A stretch of DNA of 64,000 nt from Phoronis australis (Eukaryota; Animalia; Phoronida), in contig NMRA01000113.1 of assembly GCA_002633005.1 (NCBI GenBank), positions 402,441 to 466,440 of the forward strand, in the 5' to 3' direction. Position 1 is the first letter of the stretch, and each line of letters begins with the position of its first letter. The notes beneath the pieces are model-generated. The model worked only from the letters and a program-made list of their open reading frames with translations. It was not told where the DNA came from and ran no database searches. The position numbers and the translations under genes are program-made. Shown piece after piece: positions 26,701 to 40,098 of the stretch.

Positions 26701-29700
26701 TGAGTTTGAAGTTATCTTCTTTGATGTTGTCAAATTATCACTGTAGATGGGTTTAACTCATAATGAATGGATTGTTAAAAGAAAAGTCTGTTCAGGCCTG
26801 CTTGGTGTAGAAATGAGATGCTGTGATTCATGGAGATTAATGCATGTTTTATTGAATGATTCATTCATGTTTGATGAGCAAGAGGAAGGAAAACCAATGG
26901 GACGCAGCTTTATTGATTAGATAGTTCTTGGTTTTCTGTCTGGGCTGTATCTCGTAAACATTTTGCCTCTGTTGTTCTAAGACTGGCAGGCACCTGTGCT
27001 GAACTGAAGCAATATTAAACAGATATGAAACTATTAGTTTGACACATCCTATGGATAGTTTTTACTGCAAATGTCACTATGCCCTAATTTGGTATTGTTG
27101 TGAGTTGTAGGAAATGGTTTCACTGGTAACTATCTGCCTAGACATTGTCCACCAAATGAACAGACTGCTAACTCTGCCATGTGTTAACTGTTTCAGAGTC
27201 TACAGACTTTTCCCATTAAACAGAAATTGCATTAACCAATAAGTCACAAAATGTCAAATTTCCACATGGTGTCTGTATCTTCAACATAAGAGGGCAAATA
27301 TAAGAAACATGCTTCTAAGCCTAGTGATAAATAAGTCAGTCTTTTTATTTGGCTTGCTAAAGTCCACAGTCTGTGGTAACTTTGTTTCTAATAAATCCAT
27401 GACTGCTCTGCTGTTTTGCTTTAAAATTATATTTTTCAGCAGTGACTATCTTCATTACTTTAACTTTGGAAAAGGATCCCAAATCTCATTGTCAACAGTG
27501 TGTAGCTGTTCATTTAAACCATATACATTAATAAGTTTCTTTGATAAAAAGCAGAGTCACACTCAGGGTTCACATGTTGCAGTTATTAAAATCACACATT
27601 TTGAATATTTAGAAAATGTTTTACTTGAGCCAGCATCTAGCACATGAGTTCGTCTGTCTTACCCTTCACTATTGTATTTAGTGTGGCGTCCCTTCCTGTG
27701 GATGTCCTCCGAATGCGGGAAACAAAGTGGCTGGACATGTTAGAGAATTGGGAAAAATGGATGACTAAGAGATTCAAGAAAGTCAAAGAGAGATGTCGGA
27801 AAGGCATTCCACCATCGCTTAGAGCAAAAGCATGGCAATTCCTATGTGGCAGCAAATATTTATTGGAGAACAACAGGGAGAAATTTAAGGTATGTGAGAC
27901 AAAACTTGCCTAAAACATCTTGTTTAAATCCTCAATTGAAGAAGCGAACATAATCGATATCTGTATGTTTTCAGTTGGATTGTGGGAAATTCATAAAAAT
28001 GCGGTCTATATCTTACGAGTTTTTATATTCTGACAAAAGAATATTTTAAGAGTAAAGGGCCAAAAACGAGTCACAAAATGGTTGATTTACACAGTGCAGG
28101 TTCATGGTTTCAGAAATGTTGCTTTCGTTTGAAAGTTTTAACATTTCAGGGGTCTCTATGGGAGTACCATATTTTTTTAGTAGTTTTTCCTTTTTTACAT
28201 CCACAACTGTATCTCTTGAACCTCTTTCTGGATCTTTGTTTTGTGAAATTTGACTAGTGTATTTCTATGAATGAGGATGGAACCTGCTTTCAGATGAATG
28301 AAATTTCTTGAAGTTTGTCAAATAGGTTTCCATGTTCGGATGGGTTTGACATATTATGTGCCACCTAGTGGCCATATTTATGGTAGTAGTAAATACCCTT
28401 TGGAGCATTGTTTGCAGTGTAGTCGTGGGTGCATTTCAACGATTTGCACTGCTCTTGTAGCTTTTGAGTTTTCCTCAGCCAAATGTAATAAGGATATTCA
28501 TAAAAGATTGTAGCATTGTAGCAGATTACATTTTATACTGGAGAGAACAGCACTTGCCCATTTTCAGTTCAGGGGACCTCTAGTGTCTTCACTTTTATTA
28601 GCTTAATGTTCACTCTTGGAACCTGCCTCTCTGTCTGACTAATCCCCTGAAGAATCATCATGGCTAATGAGTTTCTGTTTAGGTTAGGTTGACTGGTCAA
28701 TTTATGGATGAATTTGACTGCCTAGGGGTAGTGCATGTGGACTTAAATGAGATGTTGAGCACAGACCATGAAATTTTTGTAGAAAAAAATATAATTTTAA
28801 CTTTTGATACTCAAGTGATAGATCTTACTTGGGAATTGAAGACATTTTCTGCATTTTATGGTAATAGGATAGCTTCGTTACCAAGGATTGATTTTCTTAA
28901 GCAACTTTCAAAGTAGATACATAAAGCTATAAAACTATTGTTGATCACAGAATCTTACTCTATGCCTGAAAGCAATGACCAGATGTTTGTAATTACATGA
29001 TTGCATTTTTGTAACTAAAAGAATGTGTTTTTTCATGGAGATTGCCAAATTTTGCTTGAACGAATTTTTTTTGCAAAAACCTGGCATATTCTGTTTTTTC
29101 TATTTTGGGTACAACAAGGGTATAAATTTTCTTTTGAGGCCTTTTAGCCTGAGAATTCTTTAAAAAATAGAAGTCTTTATTTTTTACTGCAGAGCTCTCG
29201 GGCCCTTGAGAGAAAATACTAAACATGCTTGTGTACTTTATAGAATTTAGTAAGTTAATTTGTGCAAAAAAATTGTTTGTGGAAAATTTATTGATCACCA
29301 TGAAAAATCACATTTTTTATAAATCATACAATCATGTTATGACAAATACTGGTAAGTATCGCTTGGATGAGCAGTGTTTTAATTGGTGTGTGAATATATG
29401 TATGCAGGTGTATCAACACTTGTGTGTTTGTGTGTGTATGTGTGTATGTATGTGTGCATGCATTGTGCGCTGCGAACGAGTGCCTGCATATACGTGCGTG
29501 CTATACGTTCTTTAGGTAGCGTACTGTACTTGTTCTAACTTGTAATACTCAGTCCAGTGCATGAAATTGTTTGAAAAAAATGATACCCAGTTTCCTTGAT
29601 GCCCGTATGGATTTTGGGGCCAAATATCAGACCCATTCCCCAATAAAAACTTTCAACTTTTCTCCTCAATCCTCTTAGAAAGAGAAAAACTATTTGTAAA

Positions 29701-32700
29701 ACTTCCTAGTTTCGATAAATACATCAAGGTGTTTTTTCTTCAAAGCATTATTTGGAACAAGATGGAGACCCAAAATGTATTGATGATATCCAGAAGGACC
29801 TCCACCGTCAGTTTCCGTCGCATGAAATGTTTCAAGCTAGAGGAGGATACGGGTATGTAGTCCAGGGCCCTGCAGTCTTAGTAGGGCAGTTGGAATATGT
29901 AAACTTCATATTACCAGCACAAAATTGTGTCATTACTGTTAAATAATATGAATACTTGATACAAGTTTTGAAGTAATTTGTACTGATATCAGGATTTGAT
30001 CACTCATTATGGAATGATGATAATTAAATTTCATGTTAAGAAATATTACATGCACCATACTGTGTTTATTTTCATAATATTATGAATTTGGTGTCATTGT
30101 TTGCAGACAAGAGGACCTATTTAATGTATTGAAAGCCTACTCCATTCACAACCCCAAGGACGGCTACTGTCAGGCACAGGCACCACTGGCCAGTGTGTTG
30201 TTGATGCACATGCCAGCTGAGCAGGCATTCTGGTGTCTTGTGTCTATATGTGACAAGTATCTGCCTGGTTATTACACCGAGGGACTGGTTAGTACACTGA
30301 CATATCATGTAGTCCTGGAAATGTGCTGATATAATTATGCAGTTTTAGATTGCTTGTTGGCTGCATGCGACAGTGTGAGGTGAACCATTTTATGAAACAT
30401 AAAGGAGAATATGTAATTACTTTGCAGTCGAGCCACATTATTTATACATGGTAATTTTTCGTTTTTTCCATCAAAATACCACTGGAAATACAGCTTAAGC
30501 TGTGACATCCATTTAGATAAAACTGATAACCTACTAGAGAACTCAGGGACTACAGCTGTATTAAGGGGGTCAAAAGTCTGTTCAATGTGGCTAATGTGGA
30601 TCTGAGCATCTAAAATCAGAATGGTTTATACTATTGGTGGGTGATGTTTTGAACATTCTTGGATGGATTTTTTGTATTACATGCCTTTCCAACAGAAGCA
30701 AATTGATGACTGCTTCATAAATACTTGTTTTCTGTTAGTTTGCTTTGATTTTAGATGAGCTTTGCTATATAAGTGTAAAATTGATTGGCAAGTATGAGTA
30801 GTGTCATTTCGTTTGAGTCATGGCATGTATGAAGCATGGCATCTTATCAAATCAACTTGATGACAATTATTTTTTTGAAATCTCCTGTACTGGAGAACTT
30901 CAATTCCATTCATTCAATTTTGTCGTTTTATCACACCAATGACTTTGTTAACTACTAGAGAATAGTTCTCGAGTCTGAGTACATTCTGTAGGTACTTGAG
31001 TAAAATTTGACCATCTTGAGTGAGTATAATTTGGAGTAAAAGTGTCCGAGTAATTAAGGCTTTGAGTAAAGTTTGGGAGTGACAAGCCCCGACATTTGTG
31101 ACTTGTATGAGTCATGACATTGATGAGGTGTATCATGTGATCTAATATTACTTTATTTATGAACTCAACAGGAAGCTGTCCAGACAGATGCCGATGTGCT
31201 GAATGGTCTCATTAAGAGAGTGGACACGCCCCTTTATAAGCACCTGGTGAGTGGATTACTAAAAGACAACGTGGCATGGTGGTTTAATCTTCGGACTCCC
31301 GTTTGGGAGACCCCGGTTCAAGTTCTGGCTCTTACTGGCTGACAATTGAGCATTGCACAAAGGTGTCTCTTACTCTTCTGAGCTCAGTCTTAGTGAATGC
31401 TTGCAATGGAGTGAATGAGAACTCGAATATAATGCTAATAGTGCTAATATATAAAAAAAGATATTGAAACTAAGCAGCAATTATTTGTCATCCCCTCATG
31501 TTCAGAAAAACTTTGTGGTTTTGTATTCCCTGGCCGTCGAACTTGTAGGATGTGAGGTTTGGTTTAGGGAAGTAAATCTTGTCGGAAAAACTGGTAGTAT
31601 TAGGTGCCGTAGACAATACACCTCACGAGTGCTTACAAAACTATCAACAGAAGCTGTAAAGATGATGTGTATGGGTCATGTGGTCTAATCGACTATAGTC
31701 GGTGTAGCATACAAAATTAATCAGTATATATGTTGACTTATAGCCATGGAGTGATAAAACAGAGTTTTACATTATGTTACTAAGTGTTTTAAATTGTGTT
31801 CTTTTCGAATTTCAGTTTTTCGTTGCCTTTCAGAAAGACCAGAAGGTGGACCCACTGTTGTACATGACAGAGTGGTTTATGTGCGTCTTCACCAGGACCT
31901 TGCCATTTGTCTCCGTCTTACGGGTCTGGGACATGTTCTTCTGTGAAGGTAAAGTTTTATCTATACAGGTTTGGGACATATGCTTATGTGCAGGTAATGT
32001 TTTGTTTTATGGGTCTGGGACATATTCTTATATGAAGGTTTTGTCTTATGGGTCTGGGACATGTTCTGTGAAGTTAATGTTTTGTCTGTATAGCTTGGAC
32101 ACATATTCTTAACATGTGAAACATCTGTTTTGCCTAGGGAGTTTGAGACATGTTCTTATGTGAAGTCAGTTCTTATGTGTTATAGTTTGTGACACTTTCT
32201 TCTGTGATTGTAGAATTTTGTCTTGTGGGTGCGTGACATGTTCTGTGAAGGTAGCATTTTTAGGGACCCACATATATGTATGTATATTTGGAGCCATTAG
32301 GACGTCGTGCCCGCCAGATCAGTGTCTATCCAGTGTCCGACACCTGTTACCGTATCTCCAAACCCTTGGATGGATGTTCTATATCCTCGGAATTCCTGAC
32401 AATTGTACTCTTTAGTTGTTATTGAAATTAAAAACTGAAATTTTATAGAACACAAGAACACAAACGTCAGTATAAAATAATTTTTAGAAAACAAACTTTT
32501 TGACACTTTTATATCCAATCTTGTGTTCGTACTTTTACTCATTAACATTAATATTTAAGTCTCAGTGCACCTGCTAGTAGCTCCACCTTGTGAATATTTA
32601 TGTTGCAGTGCACCTCCTAGTAGCCCCTCCTTGTGTCTAGTCATAAAACCACACATTTCCAACCACACTGCTCTGGGTGGATGAGTTAGCGAGCCAGACA

Positions 32701-33643
32701 ATTACAAGTTACTATATTCAGTCTTCTGCACCAGTCATTTGTCAGTTATTTCCAACATCAGAAATTTATTCAGAGTTCGCTAGGCAGTAGACGAGACCAT
32801 TGAATTGCATGGTCCACTATAAAGTTTTGAAATAGAACATCTCAAAAGATAAGTGCATTGACTTTCAGTTCAAACAAACTATGTTGGAAGTGATGCAATG
32901 CTATTTTTTAAAGTTGTTTAATTATAACTTATTAATTCGGAAGTGTTGTGAAGTGTATTTCCAAGCTTGGTTTGATACAATGTATTTTAGGTATCAAAGT
33001 GATATTCCGTGTGGCCTTGGTGATAATTAAGTGGTCACTAGGGCCAGATCAACGAAGGGAGTGTCCAACATTGTACGAGACTTTGCAGAAATTACGAAAA
33101 CCACCTACTGAGATTCTGGGTGAAGAGTTCTTAGTTAAGGAAGTAAGTAGCCTTAAACCTTTTAATTTGATTTTGTTTGTGAAAGACCTTCCTACTACTG
33201 TTTTGGTTTGCTTGAAATATTCACTTTATTAATTACTTTTGCAGTAGGTAAATGCTGGTGATGAGCTTAGCTATGAGTTATTCTTTAGAAGATATTCGTA
33301 GTGTAATGGGTGTAAATAGAAGTTTAAAGCTAGTTTGAGTGTGTAATGATACAAAGTTGCAATCATTTGAATTTGACACCATGCAAACATTTGTTATTTT
33401 GGAACTTGGTGTCCTGTAAACGTGTCTTTCACTGGATCTTGGTGTCCTGTAAACGTGTCTTTCACTGTAACTTGGTGTTCTGTAAACGTGTCTTTCACCA
33501 ACTTGAAGGTTCTTCGACTTCCCATCTCTGAAAAAGACATGGAGAAAGAACACCAATATCATCTTGCTAAGAAGAGAGCAGCACAAGAAAAGCAGTTGTC
33601 ACCGGCCAAGAAGAAGAAATCCAGTAAACAGGGCCAGAGCTGA
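23583..33643 (+). CDS. TBC1D10: TBC1 domain family member 10-like Rab GTPase-activating protein (EPI64 family), 367 aa, 8 coding exons
   Basis: Exons 23583-23713, 27682-27889, 29746-29852, 30107-30287, 31172-31246, 31834-31948, 32991-33142 and 33509-33643 are all GT-AG and phase-consistent (1104 nt). Motifs: [35 protein letters not shown]-finger [11 protein letters not shown]-finger [27 protein letters not shown]. Confidence 0.95.
24060..24720. repeat. Interspersed repeat copy 2 (same family as 20624-21386), in TBC1D10 intron
   Basis: Shares cagctagctg, aagact.tcgtcaaaatacag, tttactcaaggaaga, aatgacactaattttgtgtcagatttta and the terminal gcaaagct/agctttgc hairpin. Confidence 0.75.
27682..27889 (+). 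CDS. TBC1D10: TBC1D10 coding exon 2
   Basis: [20 protein letters not shown]...REKFK; ag/gtatgt. Confidence 0.93.
28979..29352. mobile_element. MITE with about 55-60-bp terminal inverted repeats (Tc1/mariner-like, TA on the right flank)
   Basis: ccagatgtttgtaattacatgattgcatt...ttttcatgg pairs with ccatgaaaaatcac...aatcatgttatgacaaatactgg. Confidence 0.65.
29746..29852 (+). CDS. TBC1D10: TBC1D10 coding exon 3 (arginine finger)
   Basis: [29 protein letters not shown]. Confidence 0.92.
30107..30287 (+). CDS. TBC1D10: TBC1D10 coding exon 4 (glutamine finger)
   Basis: [11 protein letters not shown]...GYCQAQAP...[10 protein letters not shown]. Confidence 0.93.
31172..31246 (+). CDS. TBC1D10: TBC1D10 coding exon 5
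   Basis: [25 protein letters not shown]; cag/gtgagt. Confidence 0.9.
31268..31460 (+). mobile_element. Degenerate tRNA-derived SINE
   Basis: A-box-like TGGCATGGTGG and B-box-like GGTTCAAGTTC at tRNA spacing, followed by a non-tRNA body and an A-rich tail. Confidence 0.55.
31834..31948 (+). CDS. TBC1D10: TBC1D10 coding exon 6
   Basis: [38 protein letters not shown]. Confidence 0.93.
31921..32260 (+). repeat. Degenerate tandem array of about 43 bp (about 8 copies) derived from the TBC1D10 exon 6 donor junction
   Basis: The unit gggtctgggacatgttcttctgtgaag|gtaaagtttt starts inside the exon and recurs through the intron. Confidence 0.85.
32991..33142 (+). CDS. TBC1D10: TBC1D10 coding exon 7
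   Basis: [11 protein letters not shown]...LYETLQKLR...EEFLVKE. Confidence 0.92.
33403..33505 (+). repeat. 33-bp tandem repeat x3 abutting the last TBC1D10 acceptor
   Basis: cttggtgtcctgtaaacgtgtctttcact repeated three times. Confidence 0.9.
33509..33643 (+). CDS. TBC1D10: TBC1D10 terminal coding exon
   Basis: [15 protein letters not shown]...[12 protein letters not shown] followed by a stop. Confidence 0.85.
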   Translation, partial: VLRLPISEKDMEKEHQYHLAKKRAAQEKQLSPAKKKKSSKQGQS

Positions 33644-34117
33644 TACTGTGAATATCATATCATGGATATATCATTGGGTGTTGGAAACATTCTTGTTGTT
33701 TCTGAATGTTGATATCATTTGTCTATTGTGTGCCATTCAGTTATTCCTTATTATGTTGTTGTGATTGATATAACAATATCAAATGGTGTTCTGATGAAAT
33801 GTTTCATTTCCTGGCCTCAGATTGACTGTCAATCAACGATGCAGCATTGCTTTTGTTCATCTAGTCATCATTTATAATGTAATGTGTGTGGTAATATAAT
33901 GAGTCTCTTCAGTTCTGAGCTCTGTTTTCAATTGAGGGCTCCCTGTGCACAATGCTCATTCCCTTTCTGCACCCGTTAGGATGCACATCTCAAACCACTG
34001 CACTATGCTGTTCTGTTTATGGGTCTTAAACAAATAAAATATGATATATTGGTCTAAAGCACATTTTCTAGTGGAAATTCAATGAGTGAGAACTATAGTC
34101 CAATATCACAAGATATA

Positions 34118-34700
34118 TTTATGTGCCCACACATACATGTATGTGAGCATAGTTCTGTCATTTCTGTCTGGGCATCCATCGTCTGTTGTCCACTCTTTAT
34201 CTGCGAAACTGCACAAAGGATCTTCAGGAAATTTAATATACATGTTTCTATCAAAGAATGGATGTGCCTCGCCGATTTTTAAGGGGATCTGACTCCTGTT
34301 ATGCCTCCTACTTAATTTTTTTCTTGCTTTTGATTTTATGTCCACCAAGTCCTTCAATGGATCTTGATGAAACTTGGCAGAAATGTTTGTATCAAGGACA
34401 GAAATTTGGTAGGTGTTTTCCTGTTAACAAGAGCGCAGCGTTTGGTGACTTTTGGACATATGTGACTTCTGCTGTGCTCCCTTTTAGCAATTTCACCTTT
34501 TTGCATCTGTCTCTTTACTAAGTCTCTGGATTTTGACAGATGAAAAAGAGCACCTGTCCATTCTTCAAGATCTTTGGTATGCTCTGTACCTCTAGTAGTT
34601 GACAAACTTTGGCATCTGCCCTTTTATCTGCTAAACAGTTTGAAAATTTGGTTAATGTGCTTCTATTGATTGAAATCTGGCTGACATTGATTTTTGGACA
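34118..34700 (+). mobile_element. Helentron-associated (HINE/DINE-1-like) non-autonomous element downstream of TBC1D10; right boundary uncertain
   Basis: Starts ttatgtgcccacacatacatgtatgtgagcatag (short inverted repeat), then a GTC(C/T)-like low-complexity tract; related to the termini at about 56508 and 63510. Confidence 0.45.
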
Positions 34701-37700
34701 GTTATAACTATTGCTATGTACTCTATTGGCAGTTTTATTAGTTTTTTATTATCTTTTGGAAATTTTGGCTGTTAAAATTTTATCCAGGAGAACACCACTT
34801 GCCCTTTTTCAGACAGCTTCAACATGTGCAGTGCCCAAGTGGCACATATATTCGCTTTTGGTATCTGCCTCTATTTCTGCTTATCCGCTTGGAGAGCCAT
34901 CATAGCATTTTGAGTGGTATTTATGGTTTTCTTTTCGGCAATCTCAATATCTGCCAGGATTGCATAAATGTAAATTTCTCAATTTTTAAATGACTAGCGC
35001 TGTATTCCGTAGTAATTTTTAAAGTTTAGCAGTGTTGTTCACTCTGGTGCATGAAACCAGGCCATTTGCAATGCGCAGGGTGAGTGGGCACGTATCAACC
35101 CTCTGCCTAAGTCTTGGTATTAAAGTGTTCTATAGAGATTTAGGTTCGAGGTTAGAAGTGTGTTGTTTGCCAGCAAAACATAATACCAAGGGAAACAATC
35201 TCTTGATTGAATGTTTATAAACATTGCTATTTCCACTAGAGACAAAGGTTATCCAAGATGTCTATATTGATGTATTGTGACTGTTAAGTTATTTATTTTT
35301 CATATCCACTAAACACTGTTTTGTGTGAAGCTGTAAGCACCTCTAACATGGCTCTAGTAAACATTTAAATTTTCTGTCACATGGCTTCAGTGATGTCTCT
35401 TAGATTCCTGTTATTGGAGCTGGCTTTTACGCACAAGATGGTGTTTCATGTTGCAAAATAGTACTAAAGAATGTCTGACATCCCATCAACAGTGACTCTG
35501 TAATAATGTTTGTTTATGCAACATTAACTTGCTATCAAGACATCAATGCTTTGTGAATTTTATTATGAGGTTACATGATAATGTAGTTGTCTAGTGAATT
35601 TCCATTGTAGCTGTGCTTGAACTAGGTGTGCTTTATCATAAAGTAAGTGAATGAACAATCCTAGTTTGGAGTAGTTGTAGTTTTATGACTTGGTCGAAAC
35701 ATATTAAATTTGAACAGATGTGAAATGTTAGCAGTATGTGTGGTGTGCTCTTAGTAACTGAAACAAAATGTAATCAGCAATTCTGTGTGTCTTTGTAGCT
35801 GAATACTTAATTGCTATGTAGTACTTGTAGAATGTTTATGGAAATGAGCTAGAAAAGACCTTTAGTGCCATTTTGTGCAATTTTATCTAGTTGTAGTGGT
35901 ATTACTGCTGTTGTTAATGCTTGTTACTCATACCACATCCTTTAGTCATTATAATAGGTGTTTAAGGCCTGTGAACACCAGCTGTCAGTGAAATCAACGC
36001 AGAACAATCCATCAGTTGAGATGGCCGTAATCACTGCTAGTCAATATGTTAATGAACTGGTGTCAAATAGTGAGAGTTTTTTTATCATTTTGTGATATTG
36101 CAAACAAAACCAGCCCATCACACTACAGTCAGTGGAAGCCATTGGGACTTTCTACTTCACGCTCAGGTCTGTGGTGCTAATGCAGCTAAAAGGGAAAAAA
36201 TGAGCATTTATTTTCTTGATTTGGGTAGTTAAATTCTCTTTTGCAATGTGCAATGCTACTAAGTAGAATTAAAGGATGTGGTCTTGGCATGATGTTCACA
36301 AGGGTGTTAAAACTTGATCACCATGGGATGTGCATCACTACTTCATGAATTTTCTCCTGTAGGACCACCTCACCTATAGGCCCACCTCGTCTCTAGGACT
36401 GCATGAAATTTGTGGTAATACATTATTCCTGTACTTCTTTACATGTTTGTATGACCTCTTGTGACGTTAGTGTCTGTGAGTATAATTTCTCCCTTTTAGG
36501 CTGGTTTTCTTCAGTGCGAGAATGTATGATATATGCAGCTTAATTTGGTTAAGCTTGGTCAAACTTAAAGGCCCATCACCTTATTTGTTATTCATTTCCG
36601 AGCTTGGATTCCATTGTGTGCTTGCTAGAAAAAGCGTGGAACCTTAATTAACGAAGGCCTGTAAAGCTTGAATTGTATTGGTGTGCATATTGTTGTTCAA
36701 ACTTGAATAAGGTTGAATAAGCGATTACATACTTCTTTCATCCTAGAATGTAATTATTTGGTGGCTTACTGGCTAACAAGGACTTGTTTTGGGGTAACTA
36801 TTATGGTGCTTTTTTGTTATCATGTTTTATAATTATATTGATAAGATGTCATATCATGCTGTTGTGTTTGTTGTGGATTCTACCTTCATTTGACTATGTT
36901 TGTGTTATTTGCGATTATTTTGTTGTAAAGTAATAATGTAAGGCAAGTCTGCTCGATTCATTGTATTTGAAGATATAATAAATGTAATGATGGGTTAGTG
37001 ATATATTTTGATGCTAACTCGTGAAAAATGGCTCATTTATTGGATGTTCCATTCGCGTACCACATACGTGGGTATTTAACCCCAAGCGCAGGTTTTTTGA
37101 AATTTGTTTACTCAGTATTTGGCATATTGGGACATACTGCTAAGCTGTCGGCTTCTTTTGTACTGTATGTACAGGCAGATATCCCTTGCACATGTGCAGA
37201 TCACCAACTGGGAGTTGTTCATGTTGTTTTGCCCTTTCTCATTTGTTTTAAATAGTGTTGATCTGTATCTACTGTTACATAACAGCTAAGTCAAGATTCT
37301 TGAACGCATTTTAGAAATTTGCTCCTTGGACGCATGTCATGTATAGGCACTCCATCACGTGTAGCATGGCATCATCTACAATGGCATGGGCCTGAATACG
37401 CCAATACTATAAGATACGCAAAGCATAAAAGTGGACTTCTGCTCAACATGAAGCTCACTGCATTATTTAGGGGTAATAAGGTGACTTGTACACAAGTCGA
37501 GTGTCTCACTGCATTGTTCAGGCAGGTGTTGCGCATTAAAGACTGTTACATACCAGCAAAAGAACGGCTGTTGCAAGGTGCATTGTATAGTAGTTAATAC
37601 ACAAATTTTGTTTAAACAAAATTTTTAACCATGCATTTTAGTCCACAGTGTCAAATGGTTGGCAAAGAATGTTGCCACAAACAGGCAGTGGTTATCACTG

Positions 37701-39961
37701 ACACACATCTCTGTTCCCTAATCCCAGACAAAAGAAGCCAGTCCTTAAGTCCACTCTTGTAATATAATCCTAATATAATATAATCGTGGTAAGCTGTTGT
37801 TTCAGTATTGCTTAGTTTTATCGCTAGTCAATAGATGGCATTGCTAGTATCAAATTAGCCTCTTTGCCGTTCCGCAATGAAAGTGTCATGTCGACGAACA
37901 CGTTTATGTTTTACTCGCACTAATTCCAGCTAGTCTTGAAACTGCCATCATAGCTGTGGGTTGGGAAATGTGAGGTGAATGAGTTTGCGTGTTTGCAGTT
38001 CTATACTAAATGTAGGTGCAACCAATGTCTTCAAAAGGTTGGACAGCTTACCAGTTTACATTTTAATACAGGACTTGACATATATTCAGTGGCACGTTTT
38101 TGATACTTAAAACAATTGAGGGTAAGAGTAAACGGACTTGAATAAAGGCACATTCTACCAGGTACATAGTCAACCGATAACAACATAATATAAACTGAGT
38201 GTTATTTATTAGACAAAACCCAAAACAGATGTTAAATAAAACTGCAATATTTACTGACACCCAAGCAATTTATATTTTGCAAAATAGTATGAGTAGAATT
38301 TTTTATAGTAAGTAGAGAACCTCTCAACAGCCATCAGTCTCATTGGGTTTTGTTAACCAGACTCTTCCTACGCTGATTGTACTCCTACAGCTTGAGTGGT
38401 TTGCTGAGCAAGGTAAGAGCCCAATATGGTCACCACTGAGCAAAACGAGCTGCTACTAAGTTAAAATCTGATAGTAACTTTTGTGTACCATGAAGGATTC
38501 CTAACTGATTTGTAAGTCACTGCCTGGAATTACAACATAACGTATACAAGCTTATCTAATGAATAAATTAACAAATAATAACAACGTGACTCAACATTAA
38601 GATAACTTGTACAATATGTGCAAAATGTCAAATTCTAGACGGCGACGACGAAAAAGCTAGCTAGAGACGACATGCAAGCACCATTGATATGAGCACTGCT
38701 TTTGGTCATGAGATAACACAATGAAACTATTCAGCAACACAATTGATGAAAATGTTCAAACCCATGTTTTGCTTATTCACAGAAGCATTGAGATGAAAGA
38801 AAACACATTTCCACAAAGTTAGCACAATGTAAATACTGAAGTGAAGAAGGGAACATGTACAATGTGAAATTCAAGTCAAACAGTAAGTAACAGTAGCTGT
38901 AAAGCAGCAGAATACAGCAGTTGGTTCAGGATCAGAGGACCTGCTGATTCCCTGCTGTGATGGCAGACCATCTGATTGACCACTTAATTGCAAATCGTTT
39001 TAACTCATTGGAAAATACCAAAATACTAGTATAGCAACATATGACTAGCAATGTCAAGTTCCACGTGAAAAAATGTAAGCAGTAAACTTATATATGTAAA
39101 AGTTTAGTGTGCAGTTTGATTTGATGAAGAAATGTTACTGGACTAGTCATCACCATGATGGATTTTTTCCATGAATTTGGGAAAAGTTCTACATACAGCC
39201 TACCAAGTATACATTGTCATTTTGTTTAATAAAGAAGAACAGATTAAAATAACCCATTCTTGACTCTACCTAATAAGGAGCGTGGAGCCTGCTTTTGAGT
39301 AATCAATTATATGAAAACCAGGCACTAATACACAACTTAATGGAAGTGTAAGGACATAATACTAGGACTGAAGAGAGCTGGCCACAAAATGAAGAGTACC
39401 CTCATCTGGACAGTTAAAAATTCGACACTTTGAGCACGTAATCATCCTTTGAAATCGTATTTCAAAAGTTTACTCGCCCTATATTCAAAACCAAATGAAA
39501 CATTTGAAAAACTCTTGCATTCCTCAAGGACACAGGGTCCGACATGTTACACTTAAATTTTGATTTTAAGTAATTTCATTTTGGAAAAGAAAGAGGGCAC
39601 TAAAAATAAAAAAGCAAAAAGTCCGGATTCAAATTTTCAAGACAAATGAGTAAATAAGGTGTGCACTATTCATTGACATTAAAAACAACACACTTCGCTT
39701 CTTCTGATATACTAATCAAAGAAAAACCCCAAAAGTATTGGGGAGAAATGTACTATAATGTAAACTGACAAATTAAGAGATGACGAGTTAAGCAAGGTCA
39801 CCAGTATAATAGTTTTCGGAATAAAGTGATATAAAAACTTTCACTACTGTACTGATAAGACATACTTAACTCGACTAAGAGTAGGGAAAAGCTGACATTT
39901 GATTTTAGAGATGATAATTTAGGAAACATTGTAGAAAATGCTGTTTGTGTAATGTCACCAG

Positions 39962-40098
39962 CTAGCCACTAAGAGGGTCCTCCCTACAGTGGATGGCATA
40001 GTGTAACTTGTCCCTCATCACCTCAAGACTTGAGTATTGTGGCAGCTTGATCATGAACATGCATGTCTCGACACGGATATAGCGAGTGTCAGCGGTAC
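39962..40098 (-). CDS. HECTD4: HECTD4 terminal exon (catalytic Cys)
   Basis: TADTRYIRVETCMFMIKLPQYSSLEVMRDKLHYAIHCREDPLSG followed by a stop. Confidence 0.93.

Noticed and set aside
31268-31345. Functional tRNA gene
   Set aside because: The A and B boxes are degenerate, the stems pair poorly, and it continues into a SINE-like body and A-rich tail.
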